DNA from: a virus
Virus record (IMG/VR): IMGVR_UViG_3300031788_000005
Location: 19,068 to 83,067 of that record
Direction: 5' to 3' (one strand)
DNA length: 64,000 bases
Position numbers and translations under genes: made by a program. The notes under the pieces were generated by a model, which was given only the letters and a program-made list of their open reading frames with translations, ran no database searches and had not been told where the DNA came from. Below, in pieces: positions 24,238 through 36,111 of the stretch (position 1 is the stretch's first letter; each line of letters begins with the position of its first letter).

Positions 24238-25071
24238 TCATAATTTCTTAAAAGTAATTTTAGAGTCATTTGCTATTGGCGCATAACGATACGCCGTTGT
24301 ATGAGGTGAATAAATAGTAATATCCTTAACATTAGCAAATCCAGCTAGGTGAGCTATTAAAGAGTCTGTCCCAATAAATCTGTCTGTTAATTTTAGTAAC
24401 TCAATAATAACGCCAAGTGGTAATCCGAAATAATATCTAGTTGAGAATATTGGGGCGTGAGACTTCTCTTCTTCTTTTGAGCCGACAACAATAGGATAAA
24501 TTTTGTCTTTCAACCACAAGTTACTAATTACGTCGTTAATAATATTTTGACCCATTTTTCTTTTTTTACCTTTAGAAAATGGATGAATAACTGCAAAGGA
24601 GCCACGCAAATGATTTTTTATTTTTAAAGCCTGAACTTTATCTTCTAAAGAAGTATATAAATCGCAAGGATATTTATTTCTTGGAACCCCTAAATCATCG
24701 CAAATTCTTTCAATCTTATGTTGGGCGTTATAGGAATTGGTTAGGTTATAAAATATTTCTGGCATGGTTTGAATCTCAGAAAGGATTACTTCGTCATATC
24801 CAACCTGCTTCCATTTTTCTGCCAAAAATATCATCTTTAAAAATCCAAAACCGAGATAATAAACAAAAGGATTCCAATATTTTGGATTTTTTCCAAAAAA
24901 CGAATACACTTCATTAATATTGGGGTTTTCTTTAAAAATCCAGCGACAATCATCCAATACGAGAAGGTCAATTATGTCATTGGGATGCATTTCGCGATAT
25001 TTTTTTAAAACACCCGTAAGCATGACACAATCACCCATACCGTGAAGGAAAATTATTAAGGTTTTTTTCAT
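24238..25071 (-). CDS. glycosyltransferase family 9 (heptosyltransferase-like)
   Basis: HGMGDCVM, NPNINEV, IHPF, FIGTDSLIAHLA. Confidence 0.85.
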   Translation of the reverse strand: MKKTLIIFLHGMGDCVMLTGVLKKYREMHPNDIIDLLVLDDCRWIFKENPNINEVYSFFGKNPKYWNPFVYYLGFGFLKMIFLAEKWKQVGYDEVILSEIQTMPEIFYNLTNSYNAQHKIERICDDLGVPRNKYPCDLYTSLEDKVQALKIKNHLRGSFAVIHPFSKGKKRKMGQNIINDVISNLWLKDKIYPIVVGSKEEEKSHAPIFSTRYYFGLPLGVIIELLKLTDRFIGTDSLIAHLAGFANVKDITIYSPHTTAYRYAPIANDSKITFKKL

Positions 25072-26704
25072 TTAATTTAACGGATTTTCTGGACACATTC
25101 ATTTTCCCACGATTTCCACATTTTATCTGCTATTTTTTTTTATCTCTTTAATAGGGACAATGTGTCCAGATGGGCGTTCTTTACCAATTACAAGTTTAAG
25201 TTTCTTTATCTTCACAGCTTATTTTCTTCCTTCGACGAGTCTAGTTCAAAAGTCACGGGGCCGACCTCAAGCTTGGCAAACATTTCTTTGGCTTTATCAG
25301 AAGCTCCTTGACTTGGTCGTAATAGGGCAGCTAATTCCTTTGGATAGTCAAAATATAGGCAGAACGAATCCGTTCCAGCATATGACTTTCCTACCTGACG
25401 CTCTAGAGCCTTTCCGAACTCGCGGAGAGTAGCGAAATCTTTCTTCTCAAATGTTAATGTAACTTTCATGACTGATAATGTATACCATCCGTCGCGGGAA
25501 TGCAAGCAGGAAATAGTTTATTTAAAATTTCTTTGTCTCTTTTTTCCTCTTCCAAAATTGATTTTTGTCTTTGTTTAAAATCTATATCGGACAGGGCATG
25601 ACAAATCATTTTTTGTTCGGTGATACTCAAAGGATTTATTTCAATTTCACTTATTTTTACATGTGAAAAATGTGAAAAATACTTTTTTCCTATTTCGTAA
25701 AAGCCCCAAATTAAATGATATTCTTTGCCGTTCATTTTTGCTATCCCGTTATGACTGCCAGAGAAAGACCATTTGTCATGATTTTCAAGAGATAAATCAT
25801 TTAAAATTTCCCTAGCGATACATCCAATTTTGGGAATTGGAGGCGGTGGGGGAAGTGCGTCTTCAACGCGTGCAACATAACTAAAAGGTTCATCCCATAG
25901 GAATGAAATACTACTCCATAATTTATTTAGTGAAACCATATTAGACCTTAATCTTTAATTTCCCCAATTCAAATGTCAAACCCTGCAAACGTTGGGTCTT
26001 TCGTTCGATTTCAGGTGCCAAGTCTTTGATTCGCTTGGCAAGACGGCGACAGCGACTAATTTTACGGTTTTGGATATGTGATACATTCATATTAAAATAT
26101 TAGCTGATATTACCAACAAAGTCAAGTTATTTCTTCCGCGCCCCAATTTTCATCAATTTTTGCCATAAACTCTACAGAGACCAGTTCCATCGATACTTTA
26201 TCGTTAAAGGCGTAATAATCTCCTAATTTAATCAATGTTTTAATGCGGGGTATTTAATCTTGGATTTCGTCACTTTCTAATTCCTCTCCATTAGCATACG
26301 CTTTAGATTCAACTAAACAATAATGAAAATAGGAAGGTATATTATAAAGCATTTCTTCAAAAGTCTTGCCTCCCCACATTCCATTAAATAAGAAGAAAAA
26401 GCAACTAAAAAGCAATTTATGGAATAAACTGTTAGCCTTCATTGATTCCTGCGTTGGTTTTCCAGAGGAGGGGTCTATCTCCGTTAATGCCACTGTGCTA
26501 TTCCACTGATATACAGTTTGTTTGGTTCTATCGTCCATACTGGGAAGTTGGGCAAAAAGATAGAAAGGAACTCCCGCTTTTAAAAGCGCGGTTGTGGCTT
26601 TCATGGCGGCTTCGAATTTTTTTCTTTCTAGTGGCAACAACGAATCAATGAAATTGTCACGTTCGACATTGATATCGTTTTGTTTAGCCTCTAATTGTTC
26701 TAGG

Positions 26705-27610
26705 TTAGGAAGTGACATTTGGTTTAAATTTTTGTATTACTCGCGGGTCAGAAAGATTTTCATTATCAAACATTTTTCTATATTGTTTGAACCCTCTATA
26801 ATTACCACTCCAGTCTGAATTATTCTGCGCTTGGGCAACGTGTTCAGTTGGGGAAAGGTGTTTGGGATTTCCACCAAATAATCTATCACAAAGTTTTATG
26901 TCAGCTTCGTAGTCGTCTTTGCCTTCAAAATTATTGTAACTGACGCGGGCGCAACGGGCGATAGCAATTTTCTTTTTTGCATCATCTACGGAAATCATAT
27001 GCAACTGAGGATAAGTAGCTGCATCATTAAGATATTTATTAAAAAGTCTATCTTCATTAATTTTATCTCCAAATGGAATATGCCAATCCCCTTCATTCAG
27101 ATATTTGGGTTCTGAAGCATTATAAGCTTCTAACATCTTATAAGCCAATTCTGCAATATGAATTTCAGCGTCCTTATGGGCGCGTAGAGCAAAGAAATTT
27201 TCAAATTCAGTAGCCGAAAGGATGACCTTGTGCCACATAAATGGTTCTAGCAACCTATTTCGAAGTTGTTTGGTGACTGGAAATCTAAAATCTAGAGCAG
27301 CATCTACCGCTTTATCTCGTGCATTAAGCCAGTCTTGAATACATAACTTATCTTCATTAGCCTCATAATATTCAGTGCCCTGCATCCCCGAATGGTCTTT
27401 TTGAAACTTAGTTGGGATAAATGGGTCAGTTTTAGCTCTCTCTAACATTTTCTCAAATGGAATAGCGCGACTAGAGGCACTATTTTTTGAGAGTGACCTG
27501 TGAGTATTAAGCTCACTTAATATAATTCTAGGAAATTCAAGAACGAAAGTCGTTAGGCGATTTCCTACTGGGTTGAAACTATCAGCGATGATGGAGGCTT
27601 GGATTGGCAT
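26705..27610 (-). CDS. thyX: FAD-dependent thymidylate synthase (phage Thy1 type)
   Basis: ELNTHRSLSKNSASSRAIP, KQLRNRLLEPF, NFFALR, ARCARVSY, HLSPTEH. Confidence 0.9.
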   Translation of the reverse strand: MPIQASIIADSFNPVGNRLTTFVLEFPRIILSELNTHRSLSKNSASSRAIPFEKMLERAKTDPFIPTKFQKDHSGMQGTEYYEANEDKLCIQDWLNARDKAVDAALDFRFPVTKQLRNRLLEPFMWHKVILSATEFENFFALRAHKDAEIHIAELAYKMLEAYNASEPKYLNEGDWHIPFGDKINEDRLFNKYLNDAATYPQLHMISVDDAKKKIAIARCARVSYNNFEGKDDYEADIKLCDRLFGGNPKHLSPTEHVAQAQNNSDWSGNYRGFKQYRKMFDNENLSDPRVIQKFKPNVTS

Positions 27611-28274
27611 ATTTATATATTATTTTGTATTTCTTATTTTGTCAAGGTTTTTATGTCATTGGATTCATTTTCTTAATAACATCCATAGTGGGATTTTCTT
27701 GGGCTTTGGCGGCGGATTTTCACTGTTTTATCATTTTATCGGAAGGAGTAGTTATTATTTCTACTTTTGATAATTCCTCTTGTAATTTACCTTGCATTGC
27801 TGCGATAGGCCCATTGATAATAGCTGTAAGTTCTTTATCACTCAGGGGTTCACCAGATTGGGTATGATGGGCAAAAATACCGAACTTGTTTTTGGGTACA
27901 GGAAAGGTAACATTTTTATCCCAATTAATTTCGTCCCAATTATCTTGGACAGTTTTAAAACTTTCTTGGCGTCTTTTAGAACCTTTTGACATAATTTAGT
28001 GGGGTTTGGGTTCGGGTATTTCTCAATGCCGCGTATTCTGCTATTTTACGAGCCTTGAATTCCTCGGATTTTTTGATTTTTTTATCTGTTTCTTCTTTTA
28101 TATCAAGAATGATTGCCTTATCAACGTTAAGTTCGAATTCTAAAACATCAGGACATCCATATTCATCATCAGGGACTTCGGTATAACCAAAACTTCCACC
28201 ATAGACCCCCCTTACATGTTCGGTCATATTATCTGGCTTAATAAATGCCCATAAACGATTCAAAAGACTAGATT

Positions 28275-28898
28275 TCATAATGCGCTCCTATAAGTGGCGT
28301 AAGGATTTAACCAATAGGGGTTTATTTTTTTAAAACCTTCTTTAATAATATCCCAACATTCACCCACACTAACTGAATTATGTCGGTCAAACTCATTATC
28401 TGGTTGTTTGTCATATGGACACGCTATGTATACTTCCTTATTAGTAACCTCAACCTTAGTCATTAACGTCATTACTAATCCTTCGGACAATGATTCGTGA
28501 TAGGCTCCAGCCTCAAAAAAGTATTCATTCCAAATTCTGTTTTCTGACTGTAGAACCATAAAGCAGCGCGAATTGTCTTTTTTAACTAAAACAGTGTTCC
28601 TACCAACTGTATGTTGCGGGTTATACAAATCCATATCGCCCTTATCTGTGAAGAATGGAGCATATATTTTATTAACTAATTTGCCATTTCCGGCGATGAC
28701 CCTACTTCTGAAAGAAAATCGATGGTTGTGAATTTGGGTATTGACCTTCTGACATTGGAGACGCTGTTCCGGCCATACATTCAATCGTGTGTTAGGTTCA
28801 AAATCCAATTGAACGAAACCATTTCCATGATAGCGAGGAAGGATGTTTTCCTTTATGCAATTCAAATATAACTTATCAAATTCTAGAGTAATTTTCAT
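28275..28898 (-). CDS. putative cupin-fold metal-binding protein
   Basis: IHNHRFSFRS and a distal AYHES His pattern. Confidence 0.45.
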   Translation of the reverse strand: MKITLEFDKLYLNCIKENILPRYHGNGFVQLDFEPNTRLNVWPEQRLQCQKVNTQIHNHRFSFRSRVIAGNGKLVNKIYAPFFTDKGDMDLYNPQHTVGRNTVLVKKDNSRCFMVLQSENRIWNEYFFEAGAYHESLSEGLVMTLMTKVEVTNKEVYIACPYDKQPDNEFDRHNSVSVGECWDIIKEGFKKINPYWLNPYATYRSAL

Positions 28899-29686
28899 AG
28901 TTTATTTAAGTAATTCCGAAATAGTACTAGCGCATTTCCAGCCATTAAGACACCAATTTCCTTGTTTATTTTCCCAAAATACACGCCTAAAACATTCAAA
29001 AGTAGTATCATAAAAAATCATCCTGCCTTCACCAATATCAGCTACAAATTCGCATGTTGATACAAGGTCTCCAGCCCAAATATCTTTAGTGACATCTCCT
29101 AGTTGAAATTTGGTTTGCATGTTTTACTTTTAAAGCCTATTCTTTCGGCCATTTCCACTGGATTTGCCCACCCAAAATCAACGCGAAATTTCTTACCTCG
29201 ACTGATAAGATACTCTATAGCATTAACATATTCAGTTAGTTCTTCTTCTGTGAATATATAGGTCGCGGGATGATGGATTGCATATGCTGGTTTTTTAATC
29301 ATATTAAAGTCCCTTGGGCAACGGACGTTTTGGAGCCTTCATACTAGATAGGAGGTCTTTTAAAAATCTCACAAACTGTCTATGATTGGTTATTGGCCTT
29401 CCATAGGTTGTACCACTCAAAAATTTATCATCTACAAAGATATTAACCCTATGAGTATTAGCAAAAGGATTTGTATTCTTGTTGCCATTTTTCGCAAAAG
29501 AATTAATTCGGCGGCGGACTTGCAAAGCCGTCAAACCCTTTGGCACAATATAGGGACTATGAAACTGATGAAGATTTTCCATGTCGCGCTTTGTCTTAAA
29601 ATATTCCTTTCGGAGATAAGTAAGCAAAACTGGATTTTCTTTTAGCCAATTTTGGGTAGATGCTTCTAAATTTTCTAATGTTAGTT

Positions 29687-30457
29687 TCATAGGTCTGAGA
29701 ATTTTTTAATTGTTAGTTTGTTATCTTTAATTAATAAATATTGGTTAAGATGGCAGTCGATATCTATATTTTGCCAAATATTTTCATCAAACGAACCCTC
29801 GGTACTGTGGGGTAAAATATTAGTATGGGAACTATGCCCAACTACCTGCGGAAGTCCTTCAATCGGTTCAAATTCCGTATCAAAATCCAACCAGTCCAAT
29901 CCACCCACTGATTGACTACCTCCTCTACCATATCCAGCGCGGTACATCCAATGTCTTCCATTAGCAGAAAGAGATATTTCGGCCTGTTCTACCTGTTCAT
30001 CCAACCATTTAGAAAGACTTATTTTATCTAATTTTTGGTTTGGAGGAAGGAATGAGGGGTGAAGACCCGCGTGGGATAATAGCCGGTCGTCCAAAAACAA
30101 ATACCACAAAAACTTTTCCCTGATTGCTGGCATAAAAGACCCAAATTCTTTGGTAATTAACTTGTCCTTCCACCTATAATAACCACTACATTGAGTGTGC
30201 TGAGTATAACCCCACAAGTAACTTATATCGTGATTGCCGATTGTGGTAAAGAAGTTTGGCTCAAACAAATACTTTTTGAGAAATTTACACGTTTTGATGG
30301 CGTCTTCTTCGCTATTATGACTAAAACTATCGAAAAAATCGCCGAGACAAACTACTTTATCGTAATTTTCACGCTTGAGAATTGTCTCTAGTTTATTAAT
30401 CTCCTGATGCGGGTCGCTCAGGACAAGAATCGTCTGGTTTTTACTTGAAAGTTCCAT
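29687..30457 (-). CDS. calcineurin-like metallophosphoesterase
   Basis: SDPH, GDFFD, GNHD, SHAG, VGHS. Confidence 0.9.
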   Translation of the reverse strand: MELSSKNQTILVLSDPHQEINKLETILKRENYDKVVCLGDFFDSFSHNSEEDAIKTCKFLKKYLFEPNFFTTIGNHDISYLWGYTQHTQCSGYYRWKDKLITKEFGSFMPAIREKFLWYLFLDDRLLSHAGLHPSFLPPNQKLDKISLSKWLDEQVEQAEISLSANGRHWMYRAGYGRGGSQSVGGLDWLDFDTEFEPIEGLPQVVGHSSHTNILPHSTEGSFDENIWQNIDIDCHLNQYLLIKDNKLTIKKFSDL

Positions 30458-31518
30458 CTTTTAATCTTAACAAAGTGTTAGAAAAAAGTCAAGCCTTAAT
30501 AATCACCAAATTTAACGTCCGGTTGCGCGGCAAAACTTTCGGCTATTTCTTTTTCAAAAATCTTCTCGGCGGTTCTGCAAAGTTCACCTTGTTGTTTCAT
30601 TCTTTTCCAATTTATGGAGTATTCGCTTTTTAGCAGCGATTCCTTCATATACCTCTTGAGCCAAATAATCTTTTCGTAGACCTTTTTTTCTTCTTCATTT
30701 AGATATTGGGGTATATAAGTTTTTGCCGTGTCAAAGTCAAAATGGTCAGCGCGGCATTCGTCGCAACTATGTCCATTACAAGAAGAACCATGGCACTTTT
30801 TGTCAGTACATCCAATAGTAAATACATCACAGAGGTCACAAAATCGAATAGGGTATTTGCCCTTCCACTTCTTACCACAGTCAAATATATCGTCTAGTAA
30901 TTCTTCTTCGTTCATAATTAAGTTTTAGGTACCAATGCCAACTCTGTATTTTCGGGGAAAACATACCCACATCTTAGCAAATAGTCTTCCATTATTTCTA
31001 TCATTTCTTGAAGGTTTTTCTCGTCTTCCACGAGGATTTCTACATCATAAGGGATTTTATCATCGAATTCCGATGGTTCGCTGCGATAACATAGTGCGTG
31101 TTTAATCATATTATTATTGTAGGTGTTAACTTGATAATTGGCATAAAAATCACCCAAGGAACGGCATCATACGGTAAATATCGCCCCTGAAGAGTGGCTT
31201 CCCAATGTTCTTCTTCAATTTCTTTCATGCGAGTGAGAATATTATCAAATTCTACATCCTCATTCCACCATTGTAATGTCCCAGATGGTAGGGGTGTTGC
31301 TTCCAAAGGGATATTTTTTGGAATTTTATTATTGCGACAAATACGATATGTCAGTCGATATTTCATACAAATGCCGAAGCGATTAATAAAACTAGTCCTA
31401 GCAAACACGAGTAGGGAAATAGAAATCGGTTTTCTGAAATATTCATCAGTCCATCCTCTAATTGGAGATACTGTCGTTTCAGGTCTTGTAGGTCTTTAAT
31501 CAGTTGGTTCATAAATTA

Positions 31519-32166
31519 TTAAGGTTCAAATTCTTTCTTTAAAATTTCATAGTCGCGCTTTCTTTCGGCTTTGGCATAATCATCTTTAGAAAGTCCCACT
31601 CCACCATCTTGAAGTCTTTCGCCATGATGGTCTATAGGTTTCCAATTTTTCTTTTCCATTATCGCCGCGACTTGCTCAAAGCTAATAGGATAAAAGTTAT
31701 GGCAGTCAACCCCCACATCAATCGCTCTAGCGTTGGGGTCGTCTGGCAAACTGCCGTGGCTATGAGCATAAAGATTATAGCTTCCATAATGACTGCGATT
31801 CCATACGCGAAAAGCGTAATGCGACAAAACGATAAATTGACCGTTAATAGTAACTTCCGCGTAATCTCCTAAATAATTCACCTTATTAAGAACAACATGT
31901 TTGGCAAAATTTCTCAATGACTTGTCGTGATTACCAAAAATAATATTAATGGTTCCATTAAGCCTAGATAAAAATCTAGCCACTTCTGATTCACCACCAA
32001 AGACAAAATCTCCTAAAAAAAATCCAACATCGTTAGGTGATACACGGCTATTCCAATTTGTGATAATAGTCTCATTCATTTCTTCGACATTCTTAAATGG
32101 ACGCTTAGAATAGGTCAAAATATTAACATGGTTAAAATGAAAATCTGAACTAAAAAAATACTTCAT
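31519..32166 (-). CDS. metallophosphoesterase (phage phosphoesterase family)
   Basis: SDFHFNH.NI, LGD, GNHD, HY, HSHG, DVGVD; start moved to MKYFF. Confidence 0.9.
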   Translation of the reverse strand: MKYFFSSDFHFNHVNILTYSKRPFKNVEEMNETIITNWNSRVSPNDVGFFLGDFVFGGESEVARFLSRLNGTINIIFGNHDKSLRNFAKHVVLNKVNYLGDYAEVTINGQFIVLSHYAFRVWNRSHYGSYNLYAHSHGSLPDDPNARAIDVGVDCHNFYPISFEQVAAIMEKKNWKPIDHHGERLQDGGVGLSKDDYAKAERKRDYEILKKEFEP

Positions 32167-32850
32167 ATTAAAATAATAATATACTTTTATTAACAAGTCA
32201 AGGATTTATTTTTACTTTATCTCCGTTTTTTAATTCACTAATTTTGCAATAACGCTTATAAGGATTTACCCCGTGTTCCTCTTCACCCACGTCGGCGCGG
32301 TGCTCCCAATCATGCGGGCAATGGAATATAAACTGCAACGTATTCCTGATATTAACAAAGAACGGGTTAGTTTCTTTGGCTGAATAAATCCATTTTATGA
32401 GTTTATTTTTCATGCTGAAGTCATTACTAAGCCCATATTTTTAGCACTAGAGATTTCTATTGGAGTAAAAAATGCTCTATCTCGGTCAAACAAAACTTCT
32501 CTTCCCCAATATACCTTATCAGCTAGATATGTTTTAGAATATCTCAATTTTTTCCTTCTTGGCATAGCTTCCATGTAGTTTTTACGCTTAACAAACTTAA
32601 TTCTACAACCCATTAACGAAGGAGTAAAGTTATTAGTATATCTAATATAAGCTTGAGGTATTTTATTAATATCATCTGAGAATTCGTGGCTCATAGAGAC
32701 GGATTCAGGACTTTTCCCATTTTTATCGTAATATTTGTTAATTGTCCAATTTAATCTTCGCAGTAAATCTGACATATAACCAATATTATCTCACATTTCA
32801 AAATTTGTCAACTATTTTCTTTTTTTCTTACAATAATTCTATATAATAAA

Positions 32851-33627
32851 TTGATTAAAAAATTTATGCAATATATGAACCCAAATACCACCCCTAACCT
32901 CTTTGAACGGGATAAACAGAAACTCGAAATTATTACAATCTCGGTGGGATTTGATGATATTTTAGATGTTACAATTAGTGAGAATCATACTCAGTGTGAC
33001 CATCTAATTATTGTTACAACACACGAAGATAAAGCCACCCAATCAGTTTGTAGGAAACATGGAGTAACTTGCGTACCAACTGATGTAATTAATCCTTCAC
33101 CAAATGAGTTTAGGAAAGGAGCCGGAATAAATAGAGGATTTGACTTTTTGAGATATTACGGATGGAGACTTTACTTGGACGCAGATATCTTTCTTCATAA
33201 TAATTTTAATAGAATATTATTTAATCATACTTATTTGGATGAATCTGTCCTTTATGGATGCGACCGTATTAACGTTTCTGGGTTAAAAGAATTCGAAGAT
33301 ATTAAAAAACGCCTAGACAATAATCCTCAACATGCGTATGGTTATTTAATTAATCCAAGTCATGGTGGAACTTTTGGAAGTCGTTATGTTGATGGTTACG
33401 ATTTATTTTGTCCTATTGGGGCATTTCAACTTTGGCACGCGAGTCAGCAGAAGCCATATCCATCTTCAAAAAATGAAGCAAGTCATGATGATGTAAGTTG
33501 GGCTAAACTTTGGCCCAGAAGCAAAAGGCAATTATTGCCTAGCACATTTGTTTATCACCTCGTACCAGAAGGAGAAGTGGTTTTTGGAGCAAATTGGAAG
33601 GGTAGGACACAACCCCGAATAAAATAA
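32851..33627 (+). CDS. GT-A fold glycosyltransferase-like protein
   Basis: FRKGAGIN.G, YLDADI (DxD), GAFQLW, A..DD..W. Confidence 0.7.
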   Translation: MIKKFMQYMNPNTTPNLFERDKQKLEIITISVGFDDILDVTISENHTQCDHLIIVTTHEDKATQSVCRKHGVTCVPTDVINPSPNEFRKGAGINRGFDFLRYYGWRLYLDADIFLHNNFNRILFNHTYLDESVLYGCDRINVSGLKEFEDIKKRLDNNPQHAYGYLINPSHGGTFGSRYVDGYDLFCPIGAFQLWHASQQKPYPSSKNEASHDDVSWAKLWPRSKRQLLPSTFVYHLVPEGEVVFGANWKGRTQPRIK

Positions 33628-34036
33628 TTTTGTTATATTTTCCTTAAAAGTTCCGCTGCTGCTCTACGGCTTATATCAAAATTTGCCGCTACTTCGCTGG
33701 CAGAAGCTCGATTAATAAATTCTGTTTTAGATATCAATTCGCTATTAAATTGCTTCTCATTAGACCAACCTTTTGGATTAATAATACGTAGACCGAGTTT
33801 TTCGGCCCAATCTTTGCCAGTTTTTTTTGTACGACTCATAAAAAAGGGGTTAGAATTAATCTTCTTCTCTGATATATTCTGCAAGTTTTTTAGCCGCTTC
33901 GACATATGCCACGCGAAGTTTGTGAAATTCAGGGTCTTTTATCTCTTCAAACCTAGAATAATGCCTAAAAGCATAATCAAAGCCTTCATTATCAACACAT
34001 TCTTGAATAAATTTTAAGTTTTTTGCATTCATATTA

Positions 34037-34300
34037 TTGAATATAGAGAATTTTTCGGGGTTTGTCAAGAATTATTTAAATTTTAAACAATGGGCCATTT
34101 CCCATGGATATAAAGAAGGTTTAAGTATAGAAAGAATCAACCCAGATGGAAATTATTGTCCAGAAAATTGCGAATGGATAACTAAATCTGAAAATTCAAG
34201 TAGAGTTACGTCAGGTAGAGACGCAAAAATCCATTTTTTAACTGAAGAAAATATTCAATTAAAAAATAGGATAAAAGAATTAGAATTATTACTTAGGTAA
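34037..34300 (+). pseudogene. HNH endonuclease C-terminal remnant
   Basis: F.QWA...GY...LSIERINPDGNYCPENCEWIT..EN with no N-terminus. Confidence 0.65.
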
Positions 34301-34924
34301 AAAATAAAACCAATCGACGTGAGCCGCGTTTTTTACCGCATATGAGGCGGGAATAGGTCTAGGCTCCTGATGAAAAAACAGGGGAACTAACCCCACGTCT
34401 TCTAATTTTTTATTTCCGCGCTTGCTATTGATATCTTTATTCACGAGCATTAAATTTTCAAAATTACTTTTGCCTCCATGGGAGCGGGCAATTTTGTGTT
34501 CTATGTTAAGTTTGGAATACGGCAGACGAACCCCGCTATAACCACAGATTCCTTTTTGTTTTTCAAAAAGCACTGTTTTCGTAGGGCGAAATTTCCGAAG
34601 AGGCATTTTTGAATAGGACGTAACAATAATCGAGGGCGACCTTATTTGTATTTTCGCGCCGTGAATAACTTGGTCTATTCCGTTACGGATAGGTACTTCT
34701 AACCATTCTTCAAAAGAACAAGCTTTAAAACCAATAACATTATCAAAATCCCAAGACCCATCTTCTTTTTTGCCATATTCAATATTAATGGCTTTGGCAG
34801 CAGGACGTTCTCCATCCGAAGAACTATTCATTGCAACCACGGCTTGGCGCGGACTAGTTTGGCCAATAATTTGATACAACGCGTTCAAGACCAGTGTGCT
34901 GGATTTATTTAAAAAATCACTCAT
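34289..34924 (-). CDS. HNH endonuclease (McrA-like)
   Basis: LVLNA.Y, CGYSG, EHKIARSHGG..FENL, N..RGN. Confidence 0.85.
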   Translation of the reverse strand: MSDFLNKSSTLVLNALYQIIGQTSPRQAVVAMNSSSDGERPAAKAINIEYGKKEDGSWDFDNVIGFKACSFEEWLEVPIRNGIDQVIHGAKIQIRSPSIIVTSYSKMPLRKFRPTKTVLFEKQKGICGYSGVRLPYSKLNIEHKIARSHGGKSNFENLMLVNKDINSKRGNKKLEDVGLVPLFFHQEPRPIPASYAVKNAAHVDWFYFLPK

Positions 34925-34983
34925 ATTCTTTTAATAATAAATTATTTTTACCCATTTGTCAATACCAAGGTGTAATTATTTTC

Positions 34984-35793
34984 ATGAATATTCACGCTCA
35001 CCCAACGAAGAAAATTGGCGTTTTGCCTCGTCCAGCACACGTTAAAACCTGTAAATTAGCCAATTATTTAAATATTGGGATGATTCCAACTCCCCCCGCA
35101 TCTTATGATTGGGGTACGACCGCTCCAAATTCTCTTCAAATGTTCATGAATGATTCCATAGGTGACTGCGCGGTAGCAGCTTATCTTCATCACAAAGAAA
35201 CAGTTTTGCAAACTGCTGGTTTGGGAGTTTCATTTCTTGACCCTGTTGCTTTGGAAGTTTATGAATGGGCAACAGCCGATGAAAATGGCGGACAAGGATA
35301 TAATCCAAAAGCAGGTTCTGGCGATAATAATCCAACCGATACTGGTTTAGTACTAGTGAGTTTTTTGGAAGATTTAAGGACTCGTGGATTGATTTATGCT
35401 CATGCCGAAGTTAATTTAAATAATGCCAAAGAAGTTGCAGCCGCGCAATATTTATTTGGTGGACTTTATGTGGGAGTTGCACTTCCTGTTTTTGTTCAAA
35501 ATCTTCAGAATCTTTGGTATATTCCAACCACCGCTCAAAACTTAGGAGACCCAACAAAAGGAAGTTGGGGCGGGCATTGCATTTATACTCGTGGAATTAC
35601 GCCAACGACTGGAAATACTATTTTAACGAGTTGGGGAGAAACTATTCAAGCAACTCCACAATGGATGCAAACTTATCAGGATGAGGCTCATATTATTGTT
35701 CATAAGCATTCAGCCGCAGCTTTTGATAAATTAGCTAGTGCTAATTTTGGAATTAATGACCTTATTGCCGACCTAAATGAAATAAAAAAATAA
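34984..35793 (+). CDS. papain-like cysteine peptidase-like protein
   Basis: NDSIGDC (catalytic Cys), GGHC, LTSWG; start set after the GTGTAAT motif. Confidence 0.65.
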   Translation: MNIHAHPTKKIGVLPRPAHVKTCKLANYLNIGMIPTPPASYDWGTTAPNSLQMFMNDSIGDCAVAAYLHHKETVLQTAGLGVSFLDPVALEVYEWATADENGGQGYNPKAGSGDNNPTDTGLVLVSFLEDLRTRGLIYAHAEVNLNNAKEVAAAQYLFGGLYVGVALPVFVQNLQNLWYIPTTAQNLGDPTKGSWGGHCIYTRGITPTTGNTILTSWGETIQATPQWMQTYQDEAHIIVHKHSAAAFDKLASANFGINDLIADLNEIKK

Positions 35794-35807
35794 TTAGATA
35801 TTTCTAC

Positions 35808-35855
35808 TTAAATTTTATTATTTATTAAATTGGTAATAGAGTATATTCCAGTCAT
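35808..35855 (-). pseudogene. GIY-YIG N-terminal relic (MTGIYSITNLINNKI*)
   Basis: GTGTAAT-7nt-ATG, then the GIY motif and a premature stop. Confidence 0.6.
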
Positions 35856-35885
35856 ATACTATATTACACTGTTTTACGTTTTTTA

Positions 35886-36111
35886 GCCGATATTTTGTGT
35901 TAATCTGACATTTTTCTCACTAACTGGATGTGGCGATGTGTTAATAATCGCTGCCCAAACCCGCTCTCAATGGAAAACATTATCCTCAAGCTGTTTTGGT
36001 TGCATCTACCTTTTGGTACAAACGAGTTTTTAAGACTCTCCCATGGCTGTTTTGATGTATCGAACTTCCTCTAATATAGGACTTTACCCATATCAGCGTC
36101 AGAATATTAAC
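35886..36111 (-). ncRNA. candidate minimal RNase P RNA-like element
   Basis: P3-like hairpin then GAGGAAGTTCGATACATC; GATGCAACC; P15-like CCAAA/TTTGG; distal AAAAATGTCAGATTA. Confidence 0.45.
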
